DNA from: an uncultured bacterium
Lineage (GTDB): Bacteria; Acidobacteriota; Thermoanaerobaculia; Multivoradales; JAHZIX01
DNA length: 64,000 nt
Reading direction: 5' to 3'
Assembly (NCBI GenBank): GCA_965368975.1
Contig: CBDUPA010000014.1
Location: forward strand, 1 to 64,000
Shown: in pieces, positions 25,877 to 34,745 of the stretch
Numbering within the stretch: position 1 is the first letter of the stretch
Layout: every line of letters starts with the position of its first letter
Made by a program: the position numbers and the translations under genes
The notes under the pieces: model-generated
What the model saw: the letters and a program-made list of their open reading frames with translations, nothing else
Told to the model about the DNA's origin: nothing
Database searches by the model: none

Positions 25877-26923
25877 TCAGTCTGTCGATGGCGGAGCCTT
25901 CCCGAACTGCCCACAGACAACCTCTGTCATCCTGTTGGCGTGCGCCTTGATCACCGAACCCGAAAGAAAAGGCTCAATCAGGGAAAAACCGAGAGATCCG
26001 AAGAAAATAAAATTAATAATAACCTGAGAATCAAAAATAAAAACTGCCAATAGCCAGCATCCAAACGCGATACCGAAAGACTTGAGCAATGCGAGTTTCC
26101 CAACACGCTGCAAAGAAGCTGACGCTTTCTCAGCACCGCTGGTTACGGCAGCAGCTAGCCATCTAAACTCTCGATCTTCTAATACCAAATTATCCGTCGA
26201 ATAATTCATAGCTGCTACAAGACAAGTCGGCAGTGACTGCTCCGGGGCGACTGCCACACAACTCACCACGTGCCCCTTGCGAGCACGTAGCAGGGAGTCT
26301 GGAACGTTGAGTCCAAGTTCTCGGCCGTTGCTGATCATCCAGACCTCTTGGGAAGATCCGCCTCCTTTGCACTCTACAACTTTCCCAGTTGTCACTTGGA
26401 AAACAACAGCCTTGGTGCCTAGATCAACCCCGAAGAACTCTGGAGGTACAACATCAAGCGTTCTGTAGTGTTCGACATCTGGAGCTTTGACAACTCTCTC
26501 GGAGCCACCTTGCTTGGCCAGTTTCTGCAGCACCAATCTTGCAATATCACTGTCTGTATGGTCATCGTAAGAAAGATAGGCCGTTGTAGGCATCAGACCC
26601 GGCAACTCGGTCTGATCAAGTCGAATTGGAAGAATATACTCCCCCGCCTCAACCAGGGCACGGGCCTGAGCTGCACTCCGCTCATGATTTGTCCATATCT
26701 TGGATGCATATGCGTCTGAGATAAGCATGATGCAGAAGCTGGCTTGATTCTGATAGATCTCCGTCAGATACTCATAGAGATTCTTGCCCCAGATTTCAGC
26801 TTTCTCAGACTCATCGTAAAAAACTCTAATTTCGTACTCCTCTAGCTTCGCTCTAAGTCTCAGAGCAATTTCTCGGTCTTCGCCAGCGAAAGATAAGGCC
26901 ACATCAAATTTTCTCTCCGACAC
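25877..26923 (-). CDS. TIR-domain protein with C-terminal transmembrane helices
   Basis: FDVALSFAGEDR, VFYD, WTNHE (putative catalytic Glu), YILPIRLD; two hydrophobic segments near the C-terminus; GTG 26923 has a GGAGG RBS; AT-richer than surroundings. Confidence 0.85.
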   Translation of the reverse strand: MSERKFDVALSFAGEDREIALRLRAKLEEYEIRVFYDESEKAEIWGKNLYEYLTEIYQNQASFCIMLISDAYASKIWTNHERSAAQARALVEAGEYILPIRLDQTELPGLMPTTAYLSYDDHTDSDIARLVLQKLAKQGGSERVVKAPDVEHYRTLDVVPPEFFGVDLGTKAVVFQVTTGKVVECKGGGSSQEVWMISNGRELGLNVPDSLLRARKGHVVSCVAVAPEQSLPTCLVAAMNYSTDNLVLEDREFRWLAAAVTSGAEKASASLQRVGKLALLKSFGIAFGCWLLAVFIFDSQVIINFIFFGSLGFSLIEPFLSGSVIKAHANRMTEVVCGQFGKAPPSTD

Positions 26924-26971
26924 CGATTTACCTCCAATAACTGCATGCGTTGCCAACTATCATAAACATTC

Positions 26972-27292
26972 TCAGTCTGCCGTAAGTCGCTCCCGCCAGT
27001 ACCCCGGTCTGCGCCGGTGATGCGCTATCGCCAAAATCCGAATCTCGCCTTCCAGCTCCATGTAAACCACCGAGTACGGAAAGCGCCAAACAGAGCGCTG
27101 CCGGACACCGAGTTCTGACCGAACCCCAGGCACTGCGCGACCCGTGGCCGGAAGGCTGACTACCATGTCGAACACCTGCTCGACCGACTGCAAGAATCTC
27201 CGTCCCAAGCCAGCGGCCTTCTCTTCGTACCAGGCAACAGCCGCTTGTAGCTCTTCCTCAGCCTCTTCGTCGAGGCGTAGCTCAGCCGCCAT
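26972..27292 (-). CDS. RelE/ParE family toxin
   Basis: AEEELQAAVAWYE...GLGRRF, RFPYSVVY, ILAIAHHRRRPGYWRER; TGATG coupling with upstream antitoxin. Confidence 0.9.
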   Translation of the reverse strand: MAAELRLDEEAEEELQAAVAWYEEKAAGLGRRFLQSVEQVFDMVVSLPATGRAVPGVRSELGVRQRSVWRFPYSVVYMELEGEIRILAIAHHRRRPGYWRERLTAD

Positions 27293-27525
27293 CAGCCAAA
27301 GACGCGGCGTTCGATACGGCCACGGACCGTAGCCCACTCCGTACCTTGCGAGAGGCCAGCACTCGCTCGCTCCGCCCTGCGCTCGATCTCAACCGCCCAG
27401 GCAGCCTCGACGCCGGGCTCAGCCTCTCCTTCCATGCTGTTGAGCACTTCCAAGACGAGATCCGCCTTCTCTTCGACGGAGAGGCCCAAGATGCTCTGAC
27501 GCAGGGCAGTCGTCATTCCAGACAT
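27292..27525 (-). CDS. Addiction-module antitoxin (TIGR02574-like)
   Basis: LSVEEKADLV...AAWAVEIERRA...W..VR.R. Confidence 0.8.
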   Translation of the reverse strand: MSGMTTALRQSILGLSVEEKADLVLEVLNSMEGEAEPGVEAAWAVEIERRAERASAGLSQGTEWATVRGRIERRVFG

Positions 27526-27692
27526 AAGTGCAGTATATCTCCGTCGACGACCTTGCACGAGCAGGAGCCCCACTCCGGGTAGCGCAGACCGGACCACCAC
27601 GCTACCCGTTCCGCCTTCAGGCTCCCTAAGCCTGTCGAAGACCGCCTATCGAGAACCGCGGTATGTCCGGTAGCCAAGGCGGCGGTGGGTGC

Positions 27693-28040
27693 TCAGTAGC
27701 ACAGGCACTCGTCAGTCGGATAGGACGGCGAGCAGATCCCGGAACGACCGTTCTCGACGCAGCTGGCGCCGAAGGCCTTGCCGATGCAGCTGTTGTGGCT
27801 CTGGTCGTCGCAGGTCCCCACAACTTGGGGCGTGAAGCCGTCGGAATCGCCGGAACCCACCGAGCCCACACTCATCAGCTCCACCTCCATCGGCTCCACC
27901 TCGATCTCCACCACCGCAGCGGTAGCCTGCTCGTCGACCGCCACGGTGCCTTCCTCCGCCTCGACACCCGTGTGCAAGAGCAGCAAGCCGGCGCAGGCCA
28001 CGAGCAGACAGGTACACAGCGCAATTTGGAAGTTCTTCAT
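27693..28040 (-). CDS. Secreted prepro-peptide with 6-Cys C-terminal core
   Basis: Signal peptide, acidic spacer, core C-x7-C-x8-C-x8-C-x8-C-x-C-Y; GAGGAG RBS. Confidence 0.75.
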   Translation of the reverse strand: MKNFQIALCTCLLVACAGLLLLHTGVEAEEGTVAVDEQATAAVVEIEVEPMEVELMSVGSVGSGDSDGFTPQVVGTCDDQSHNSCIGKAFGASCVENGRSGICSPSYPTDECLCY

Positions 28041-28335
28041 TCTTCTCTCCTCTTGTAGATAGATGAATTAGTCGCCGCCGGCACAAGCCGGTGGTTTGAC
28101 GGGATTTCGATTGCTCGCATTGTAGCCCCACCCCCGCCACCTCCGCAAACCACCAGACTTCGAACCCCCCGACCAGCGACGACCGCGAACAGAGCGGGGG
28201 AAGCGACCGCATGACCCGTTGCAGGGAACCTGCCTACCGCTGGAACGGGCTCCGATGTGTTGACAGACAGCTTCAGCACCGGCATGACAATCACGCGCCG
28301 GCACATGGATCTGCTGCCGATCTGACGGTCGCCCC

Positions 28336-31308
28336 CTACGCCTGCGCATTCCCCAAGCCACGCTCCGCGAGCTGGGCTAGCAGGAAATCGAAGGCGAGAT
28401 CGCGGAACTCTCTCTGGACTTCGGCGCTGTTGAGGTAGGTGTGCATCTGACGCTGGTGAACTTCGCCGCACTCGATCACCGCGTCGGTGACGGCATCCGG
28501 GAAGTCACCGAGCAGGGCCTTGTCACGCGGGTTGTTGCGCACCTGCTGCACTACCGTCTCGTTCTCGCCCACCTTGTCGCTGACGGTACGCAGGTAGTTC
28601 AAGCCATCGCCCGCGCTCAGGTCGCCGCCGAAGAGTTCGTTCAGGCGACGGATGATCTGGGACAACCACTCCTCTTCCTCGCCGCGGGCCTTGCCGGTGC
28701 CGACAGCGGTGGTGGGGATGAGACCGGTGTCGGCATCGGCTTGTAGCTTCAGGTCTTGCTCGCGCTTCTTGGCCAGGCGGAAGTCGCGCAGTTCGACGGA
28801 GCTGAGGTCGATCGGCTCGTCGGGGTCTTCGTCGCGCAGCAGCGGTGCCACGACGCTGGCGAACAGGCTGAGCTGTTCCAGGTCAGGGCTGTCGTAGTCG
28901 ACGATCTGGGCCAGGAACTCGTAGGTGCGGGCGAAACTGGTGAGGTCGGACTTGAAGAGGTTCACGGCTTCGAGCGCCTTCTTGGCTTCCTTGAATTCGC
29001 TCTCGGCATTGGCGAAGAGCACGGCATCGCCCGTCGTCTCGGCGCGCGCCATCAGAGCCCGGCGCTTCTCGAATTCGGCCTTGGCCTGACGCAGGCGATC
29101 CTTCCAGCGCTTCACCGTCGGCTCGCACACGTTGCGCAACCTCTTTGTGTCCGCGCCCTCCTGGAAGAACACCTCGACGAAGTAGCACACCTCGCTCCAG
29201 CGGAAGATGTCGGCGGCCTTGAGCTTTTCGAACAGGTCCCAGATCAGGTTCGGGTCCGAGACGTCGAGCAGGCTGGCGGTCTGGTAGTACGCCTGGAAGG
29301 CTGCCAGGATGTCGTCCGGCTCGTTGACGAAGTCGAGCACGCTGGTGGTCTTGTTCGGGTAGCGGCGATTCAGGCGCGACAGGGTCTGCACGCAGTCCAG
29401 ACCGGCGAGCTTCTTGTTGACGTACATGGCGCACAGCTTGGGCTGGTCGAAGCCGGTCTGGAACTTCTCGGCGACGATCATCACCTGGTACTCGGGCGTG
29501 TCGAAGGCCTGGCGCATGTCGCGGCCCTTGAGGCCGGGATTCATGGTGGTCTCGTTGTAGACACGCCGCCCCAGCTCGGAGCCCACCAGCTCGGGCGCGA
29601 CGCGGGTCTCCTCGCCGCTCAGCTCGATGTCGCCCGAGAAGGCGACCATGGCTTGCAGGTCGTAGCCTTTCTTCTGCACGTAGTCGGCGAAGGCCAGGCC
29701 GAAGAGCACGGCCTGCTTGCGCGAGCTGGTGACGATCATCGCCTTGGCCCGCCCCCCGAGGCGCGGCTGGACCTTGTCGCGGAAGTTCTCGACGACCACC
29801 TTGACCTTCTGCGCGATGTTGGTTTCGTGCAGCTCCACCCACTGCCCCAACTTGATGCGCGCGCGCTTGCTGTCGACCTCGATGTCGTCGCTCGATGCCT
29901 CGAGCGCCAACCGGCGGGCGACCTCGTAGCTGGTGTAGTTCTTCAGCACGTCGAGGATGTAGCCCTCCTCGATCGCCTGGCGCATGCTGTAGACGTGGAA
30001 TGCCTCGGGCTTGTTGTGCTTCGAGGGGGGCTCGGCCGGGTTGGGACGACGGCCGAAGAGTTCGAGCGTCTTGCTCTTGGGGGTGGCGGTGAAGGCGTAG
30101 TAGCTCAGGTTGGGCGACGCGCGCCGCTGCTCGACGCTGGCGACCAGCAACTCTTCAGCAGATACAGTTTCCGCACTCACCGTGTCGCCAGCGTCCTGGC
30201 CTTCCTGCGCCAGCACCGCCCGCAGCTCGCGCGCGGTGCGGCCGGACTGCGAGGAATGGGCTTCGTCGGCGATGATCGCGAAGCGACGCTGTTTCAGGCT
30301 GATGCTGTCTTCGATCGCCCGCAGCACCCAGGGGAACGTCTGCAGCGTGACGATGATGATCCGCTGCCCGCCCTGCAGCGCCGCCGCCAGCTTCTCCGAC
30401 TTCGAGCCCTGCCCTTCCTCGCGCGTGATGCGCCCCACCACGCCATCCTTGTGCTCGAATTGGTAGATCGTCTCCTGCAGCTGCGCGTCCAGCACGGTGC
30501 GGTCGGTGACCACGATCACCGAGTGGAAAATGCGCTCGCCCTGGCGTTCGGGATCGTCGAAGTGCAGCGACGCCAGCTGGTGCGCGGTCCAGGCGATGGA
30601 GTTGGACTTGCCCGAGCCCGCGCTGTGCTGCACCAGGTACTTGTGCCCGGAGCCCTCCTGGCGCGTCGCCTCGATCAGCCGCGTGACCAGGTCCCACTGG
30701 TGGTAGCGCGGAAAGATCAGCGTCTCCTTCTTGCGCTTGCGCCCGTCCCACGCCTCGTCCTCCTGGATCTCCAGGTGCACGAAGCGACCGAGGATGCGCA
30801 GCAGATTCGCCGGCTGGAGCACCTGTTTCCACAGATAGCTAGTGGCGTAGGTGGTCGGGTCCTCCGGCACGTCGTTGCCTTCGCCGCCGTCGCGGGTGCC
30901 CTGGTTGAAGGGCAGGAAGGTGGTGGCGTCGCCGTCGAGCCGGGTGGTCATGTGGGCCTCGAACTGGCTGACCGCGAAGTGCACCAGGGCCCCGCGCTTG
31001 AAGGTGAGCAGCGGCTCGGGCTTGCCGCTGCGCGTATCCTTGGGGCGGCGATCCTGCTTGTACTGGCGGATGGCTTTGTGCACGCTCTGCTGGAATTCGC
31101 TCTTGAGTTCGAGGGTGGCCACGGGCAAGCCGTTGACGAAGAGCACCAGGTCGATGCGCCAGCGCTTGCTCGTCCGGCTCCCGGAAGGGGGCTCGCCCGC
31201 CTCCGCCGCCTGGGTGTCTTTGGCGGAAAGGTGCGGGCTGTAGACCAGTTCCGGCACCACGCGCAGGAGTCTCGAGCGATGATAGCTGACCTGTTCGGAG
31301 GGACCCAA
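28336..31308 (-). pseudogene. hsdR: Type I restriction endonuclease subunit R, apparently 5'-truncated and orphan
   Basis: IDLVLFVNGLP..TLELK, HSAGSGKS, DEAH, FTATP, QTGFDQP, QTLSRLNR. HsdR-like sequence starts abruptly at LRVVPELVYSP (~31270) with no good RBS/ATG; no hsdM or hsdS in window. Confidence 0.75.
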
Positions 31309-31487
31309 GCAGGGGCGTGCGGTGCTGCCCGCACTCAGCGAGCCCTCACGGGCAGCGCGCTTTTCGCAGGCGCTGCAGCAGAAGGTGGACGATGCGGTTC
31401 CCCCCTCCCCCGGCCTTGGCCGGGTCCCGACTCGCTACCGCTCGTTTCGGTCCCCTTGCCAGCGGCCTCCCCCCTCCCCTGTGCTCC

Positions 31488-31570
31488 GCCCTCCGGGCTC
31501 CGCTCTTTGGGGGCTCCGCCCCTACTGGGCCTCCGGCCCGTCTGAAACTACTCCTGGGGCTCCGCCCCAG
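31488..31570 (-). repeat. Cluster of four GC-rich hairpins with GGA loops
   Basis: Minus strand: CTGGGGC-GGA-GCCCCAG (31570-31554), GGGCC-GGA-GGCCC (31539-31527), GGGGC-GGA-GCCCC (31522-31510), GCCC-GGA-GGGC (31498-31488). Confidence 0.85.
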
Positions 31571-33836
31571 CTGGCTGGGGACCTCGAGACAGGCGGAAGC
31601 CCAGGTTGTCGCTGCGGAAGCCAGGCCGGTAGCCGTCGCGGCATGCCGCACGGACGAGCCGCGCATGGGCGAACCACGAACCACCGCGATACACGCGGAT
31701 CGGGCCGTCCAAGGGTCCACGTGGATCGACGCGTGGGTCTTCTGGTTGTTCGCTGCTGTACCGATCGCCAGTCCACTCCCACACGTTGCCCAGCATGTCG
31801 TACAAGCCCCATTCGTTGGCCTGCTTGGCGCCGACCGGGTGCGTCTTGAAGCCACTATTGCCTGAATGCCATGCAATTTCGTCAAGCTCTGGTGCGTATC
31901 GAGCACTCGTCGTTCCTGCCCGCGCCGCGATCTCCCACTCCGCCTCGGTGGGCAAACGGTAGCCACTGCACGAGCCGGCCTTGCGCTCTGCGTTCTCACA
32001 GGAGTAGCTCTCCAAATCCGGCGCGCCAGTGCAACCCTCGTAGCAAAGCTCCAGCTCCTGCTCCGCCGACAGCTTGTTGGCATAGGTGATCGCATCGAAC
32101 CAGGTCACCCTCTCCACCGGGCAGTTTGCGCCACAGTTCTGGAAGGAGGAGGGATTGCTCGGCATGAGCTTCAGCCACTGTGCCTGTGTCACCTCCGTCT
32201 CGGCGATCCAGAAGCCCCGTGTCAGCCGGACGTCGTGCGGCAACCACTCCCGATCATCGAATCGCCCCGGCTCGTCCGCCGGGCTACCGACGGTGTACGT
32301 ACCCGCTGGCACATAGCGGAACCGCATGCCGTACGGACCAGCCTTCGCCGCTCCTGCTTCCAGGGTCGAGCTACGGGTGGGGTCTGACTCCTCACTCTGT
32401 GTAGGGGCGCCCCCATGTGGGCGCCCTGGGCGGGCGGTGGTGTCTGTCTGATTCGGCTCCTCTTGGACACCCGAATCGTCTCGATCTGCTTCCATGTCCA
32501 CTGCCGTTGGCTCCTCTCCTCCCTGCGGCCACCACCGATCCGCCAACCAGGCCCCTATCAAGACCAGGCCGACCAGGATCCCGACCCAACTGCCGATCCT
32601 GCCCCATATCGACTCCTTCGACCTGCTCGATCGCGGCGGAATCGACGCCTCGGACCGTGCCGGCTCGGACACCACCGGCTCGACAGGAACGACTGTCTGC
32701 GCCCCCGACGCCAGCACCCCATACTTGTCCCCCACATAATCCCTTAGGCTCCTCTGGCTCCGCTCCGTACCATCCAGCGCCTCGATCTCTTCCAGCAACT
32801 CTTCGACATCCACCCGATGCTGTGGCTGGTCTTCCGGAATCAACTCCACAATCTGATCGAACAGACTCCCGGTCAACACCGTGCCGAGATTGCCCGCCAG
32901 CGTCGCCCGCGCCGCCTCTCGACGCTGCCGGTACTGCTCATAGGCCTCCGACACTCCCGGATTCACCGCCAGCGGCAGACTCTCCGCCGCGCCTTCAATG
33001 CGCCGTCCAATCCCGCGACTCACTCCGGCATCTTCCGGCCGATGCCGCCGCACCCACTGCGCCACCCGCTCCTGCAGAAAGTCCGCCAGGCTACGCACCG
33101 TAATCAAGCCCCGCGCATCGCCGGGCGCCTCCCCACGCAAGCCATCCAGGATCGCGGCCGTAAAGACGCCGTTGCCGCGTTCCGGGTCGTCGTAGGCATA
33201 GCCACCGTCCGTCGCGCCAGACAGCACCACCTGGCCCGACGCCTTGCCGATCGCTTCGGCGAAACTGTGCGCCATCGTCGATGCGGTGCCTCGCGTGGCG
33301 GTCATTCGCTCGCGGCAGGCGTCGAGGAGCACCAGGCGTCGATGCGCTGGGGCGTTCGCGACCTTGTCGAGCAACCACTCCAGGCGCAGACTCGCTTCGG
33401 TCACGTCGCTGAGCAGGGAGTCTTCGCTCAGCAGGAAATCACCAACGGTGTTCGACAGACCGTGCGTGGCGACGGCCAGGACCAAGAGACCATCGTGCTT
33501 GGACCTGCGCGCGGTGGCGCTGACGGCGCGCAGCACCTTGGTGTAGCCCGCTTGGAGCACGTCCGCTCCGGCGTCGCGCAGCTGCTCCAACCGCCCCCGG
33601 CTCGCCTCCTTCTTCGGCTCCCTGGTCAACGCCAGCGTCACGCGTCCTGGACGCAGGAGCTCCAGCTCGACGGCGAACAGGTACGCCAGGTCGACCGCGT
33701 CGTCGACCGCGTACGGCACGTCTTGGATGTGCTCGTCCTCGAAGGTCGAAATACCGACGAAAAGACCTGCGGACGCCTTCGGATCAAAACCTCGCTGTCG
33801 AGCTGCTCGCGCTACGGCTGTCGCCTGCTCCGGCAC
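31548..33836 (-). CDS. Caspase-like (peptidase C14) - TM - FGE-sulfatase/C-type-lectin-fold protein
   Basis: ATHG and LLDACR dyad; TM VGILVGLVLIGAWLA; TEVTQAQW, PVERVTW, YRLPTEAEWE, NEWGLYDMLGNVWEW, RVYRGGSW...NLGFRL. Confidence 0.9.
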   Translation of the reverse strand: MPEQATAVARAARQRGFDPKASAGLFVGISTFEDEHIQDVPYAVDDAVDLAYLFAVELELLRPGRVTLALTREPKKEASRGRLEQLRDAGADVLQAGYTKVLRAVSATARRSKHDGLLVLAVATHGLSNTVGDFLLSEDSLLSDVTEASLRLEWLLDKVANAPAHRRLVLLDACRERMTATRGTASTMAHSFAEAIGKASGQVVLSGATDGGYAYDDPERGNGVFTAAILDGLRGEAPGDARGLITVRSLADFLQERVAQWVRRHRPEDAGVSRGIGRRIEGAAESLPLAVNPGVSEAYEQYRQRREAARATLAGNLGTVLTGSLFDQIVELIPEDQPQHRVDVEELLEEIEALDGTERSQRSLRDYVGDKYGVLASGAQTVVPVEPVVSEPARSEASIPPRSSRSKESIWGRIGSWVGILVGLVLIGAWLADRWWPQGGEEPTAVDMEADRDDSGVQEEPNQTDTTARPGRPHGGAPTQSEESDPTRSSTLEAGAAKAGPYGMRFRYVPAGTYTVGSPADEPGRFDDREWLPHDVRLTRGFWIAETEVTQAQWLKLMPSNPSSFQNCGANCPVERVTWFDAITYANKLSAEQELELCYEGCTGAPDLESYSCENAERKAGSCSGYRLPTEAEWEIAARAGTTSARYAPELDEIAWHSGNSGFKTHPVGAKQANEWGLYDMLGNVWEWTGDRYSSEQPEDPRVDPRGPLDGPIRVYRGGSWFAHARLVRAACRDGYRPGFRSDNLGFRLSRGPQPAGAEPQE
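32401..32427 (+). repeat. GTAG-type REP-like palindrome, copy 2 (inside CDS linker)
   Basis: gtaggggcgcccccatgtgggcgccct. Confidence 0.7.
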
Positions 33837-34053
33837 CGCACCTCCTGAGGGCTTGTCAGTTGGGGTTCGGCGAAATTGGGTGTGCGGCTATTCTGCGGCG
33901 AAGAACGCTCAGAGGCAAGTCTAGACGGAAGGCATACGCCTGCGGCACGGGCTCACCACCACACTCGGGGAAACTTCGATCACGGGCGACAGATCAGCGG
34001 CTCATTTGTCGTCTATATATGCAGCGCTCAAGAGCAGGGCAGAACTCTGTCAC

Positions 34054-34191
34054 AATGTTCACCCAACAGGAGTACGCTAAAATTCGACGCGTCACGCTGT
34101 CTCGAACCACACAGAAGCGATCTACATCATCGGCGACGACCTGGGCGTCGAGTTCGTGAGCGTCGAGGAGGTACACAAGCATGACTACTGA
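34054..34191 (+). pseudogene. Internally deleted RelE/HigB-like toxin
   Basis: N-terminal IRRVTLSRTTQK joined out of frame to C-terminal AIYIIGDDLGVEFVSVEEVHKHDY*, whose end overlaps the start of the downstream HTH gene. Confidence 0.6.
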
Positions 34192-34522
34192 AAACACGAC
34201 GACCAAGAACACTCGGCCGGGCGTTGCCGCCGACGTCTTCCTTGAAGACCTCCTCGGCGGCCCGCTGACCCTGCGCGACCTGCTGGTCGCCATCCGCCAG
34301 GGTGAAGACCTCAGCCAGGCCGCGTTCGCGCGCCAGCTCGGGATCTCTCGTTCGCACCTGTGCGACATCGAGAAGGGCCGCAAGACCGTGAGCCCGCAAC
34401 GGGCGGCGCGCTTTGCGCGGACGTTGGGGTACAGCGCGGAGCAGTTCGTACAGCTGGCGCTGCAGCAGGAGGTGGACGACGCGGGGTTGGGGATGCGGGT
34501 GCAGTTGGTGCCGGTGAGTTGA
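34181..34522 (+). CDS. XRE-family HTH protein (HigA-like antitoxin)
   Basis: LSQAAFARQLGISRSHLCDIEKGRK; GAGGAGG RBS. Confidence 0.88.
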   Translation: MTTENTTTKNTRPGVAADVFLEDLLGGPLTLRDLLVAIRQGEDLSQAAFARQLGISRSHLCDIEKGRKTVSPQRAARFARTLGYSAEQFVQLALQQEVDDAGLGMRVQLVPVS

Positions 34523-34745
34523 GCGGCCCCATCTAGCTTGCTCTGTTACTACCGGTCCCGGCGAGCCTGCTCTGTGGCTACCGGCCCAGCCGGCCTGCCG
34601 GCCTTGGCGGCCCCAGCGGGCGCGGAACCCACGCGCATCGACGTGCACGAAGGGGCCATGGTTCGCAGTCTTGCCGTAGAGGCCGAGGCCGCCGATGAGG
34701 GGCTCGTACTCTTTGTCGCCAACTTGACCGTCTATATCGATTCCC

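Noticed and set aside
28756-32095. ORFs 28756-31545 (+) and 31346-32095 (-)
   Set aside because: Shadow or alternative frames of hsdR and the caspase-CLec gene.
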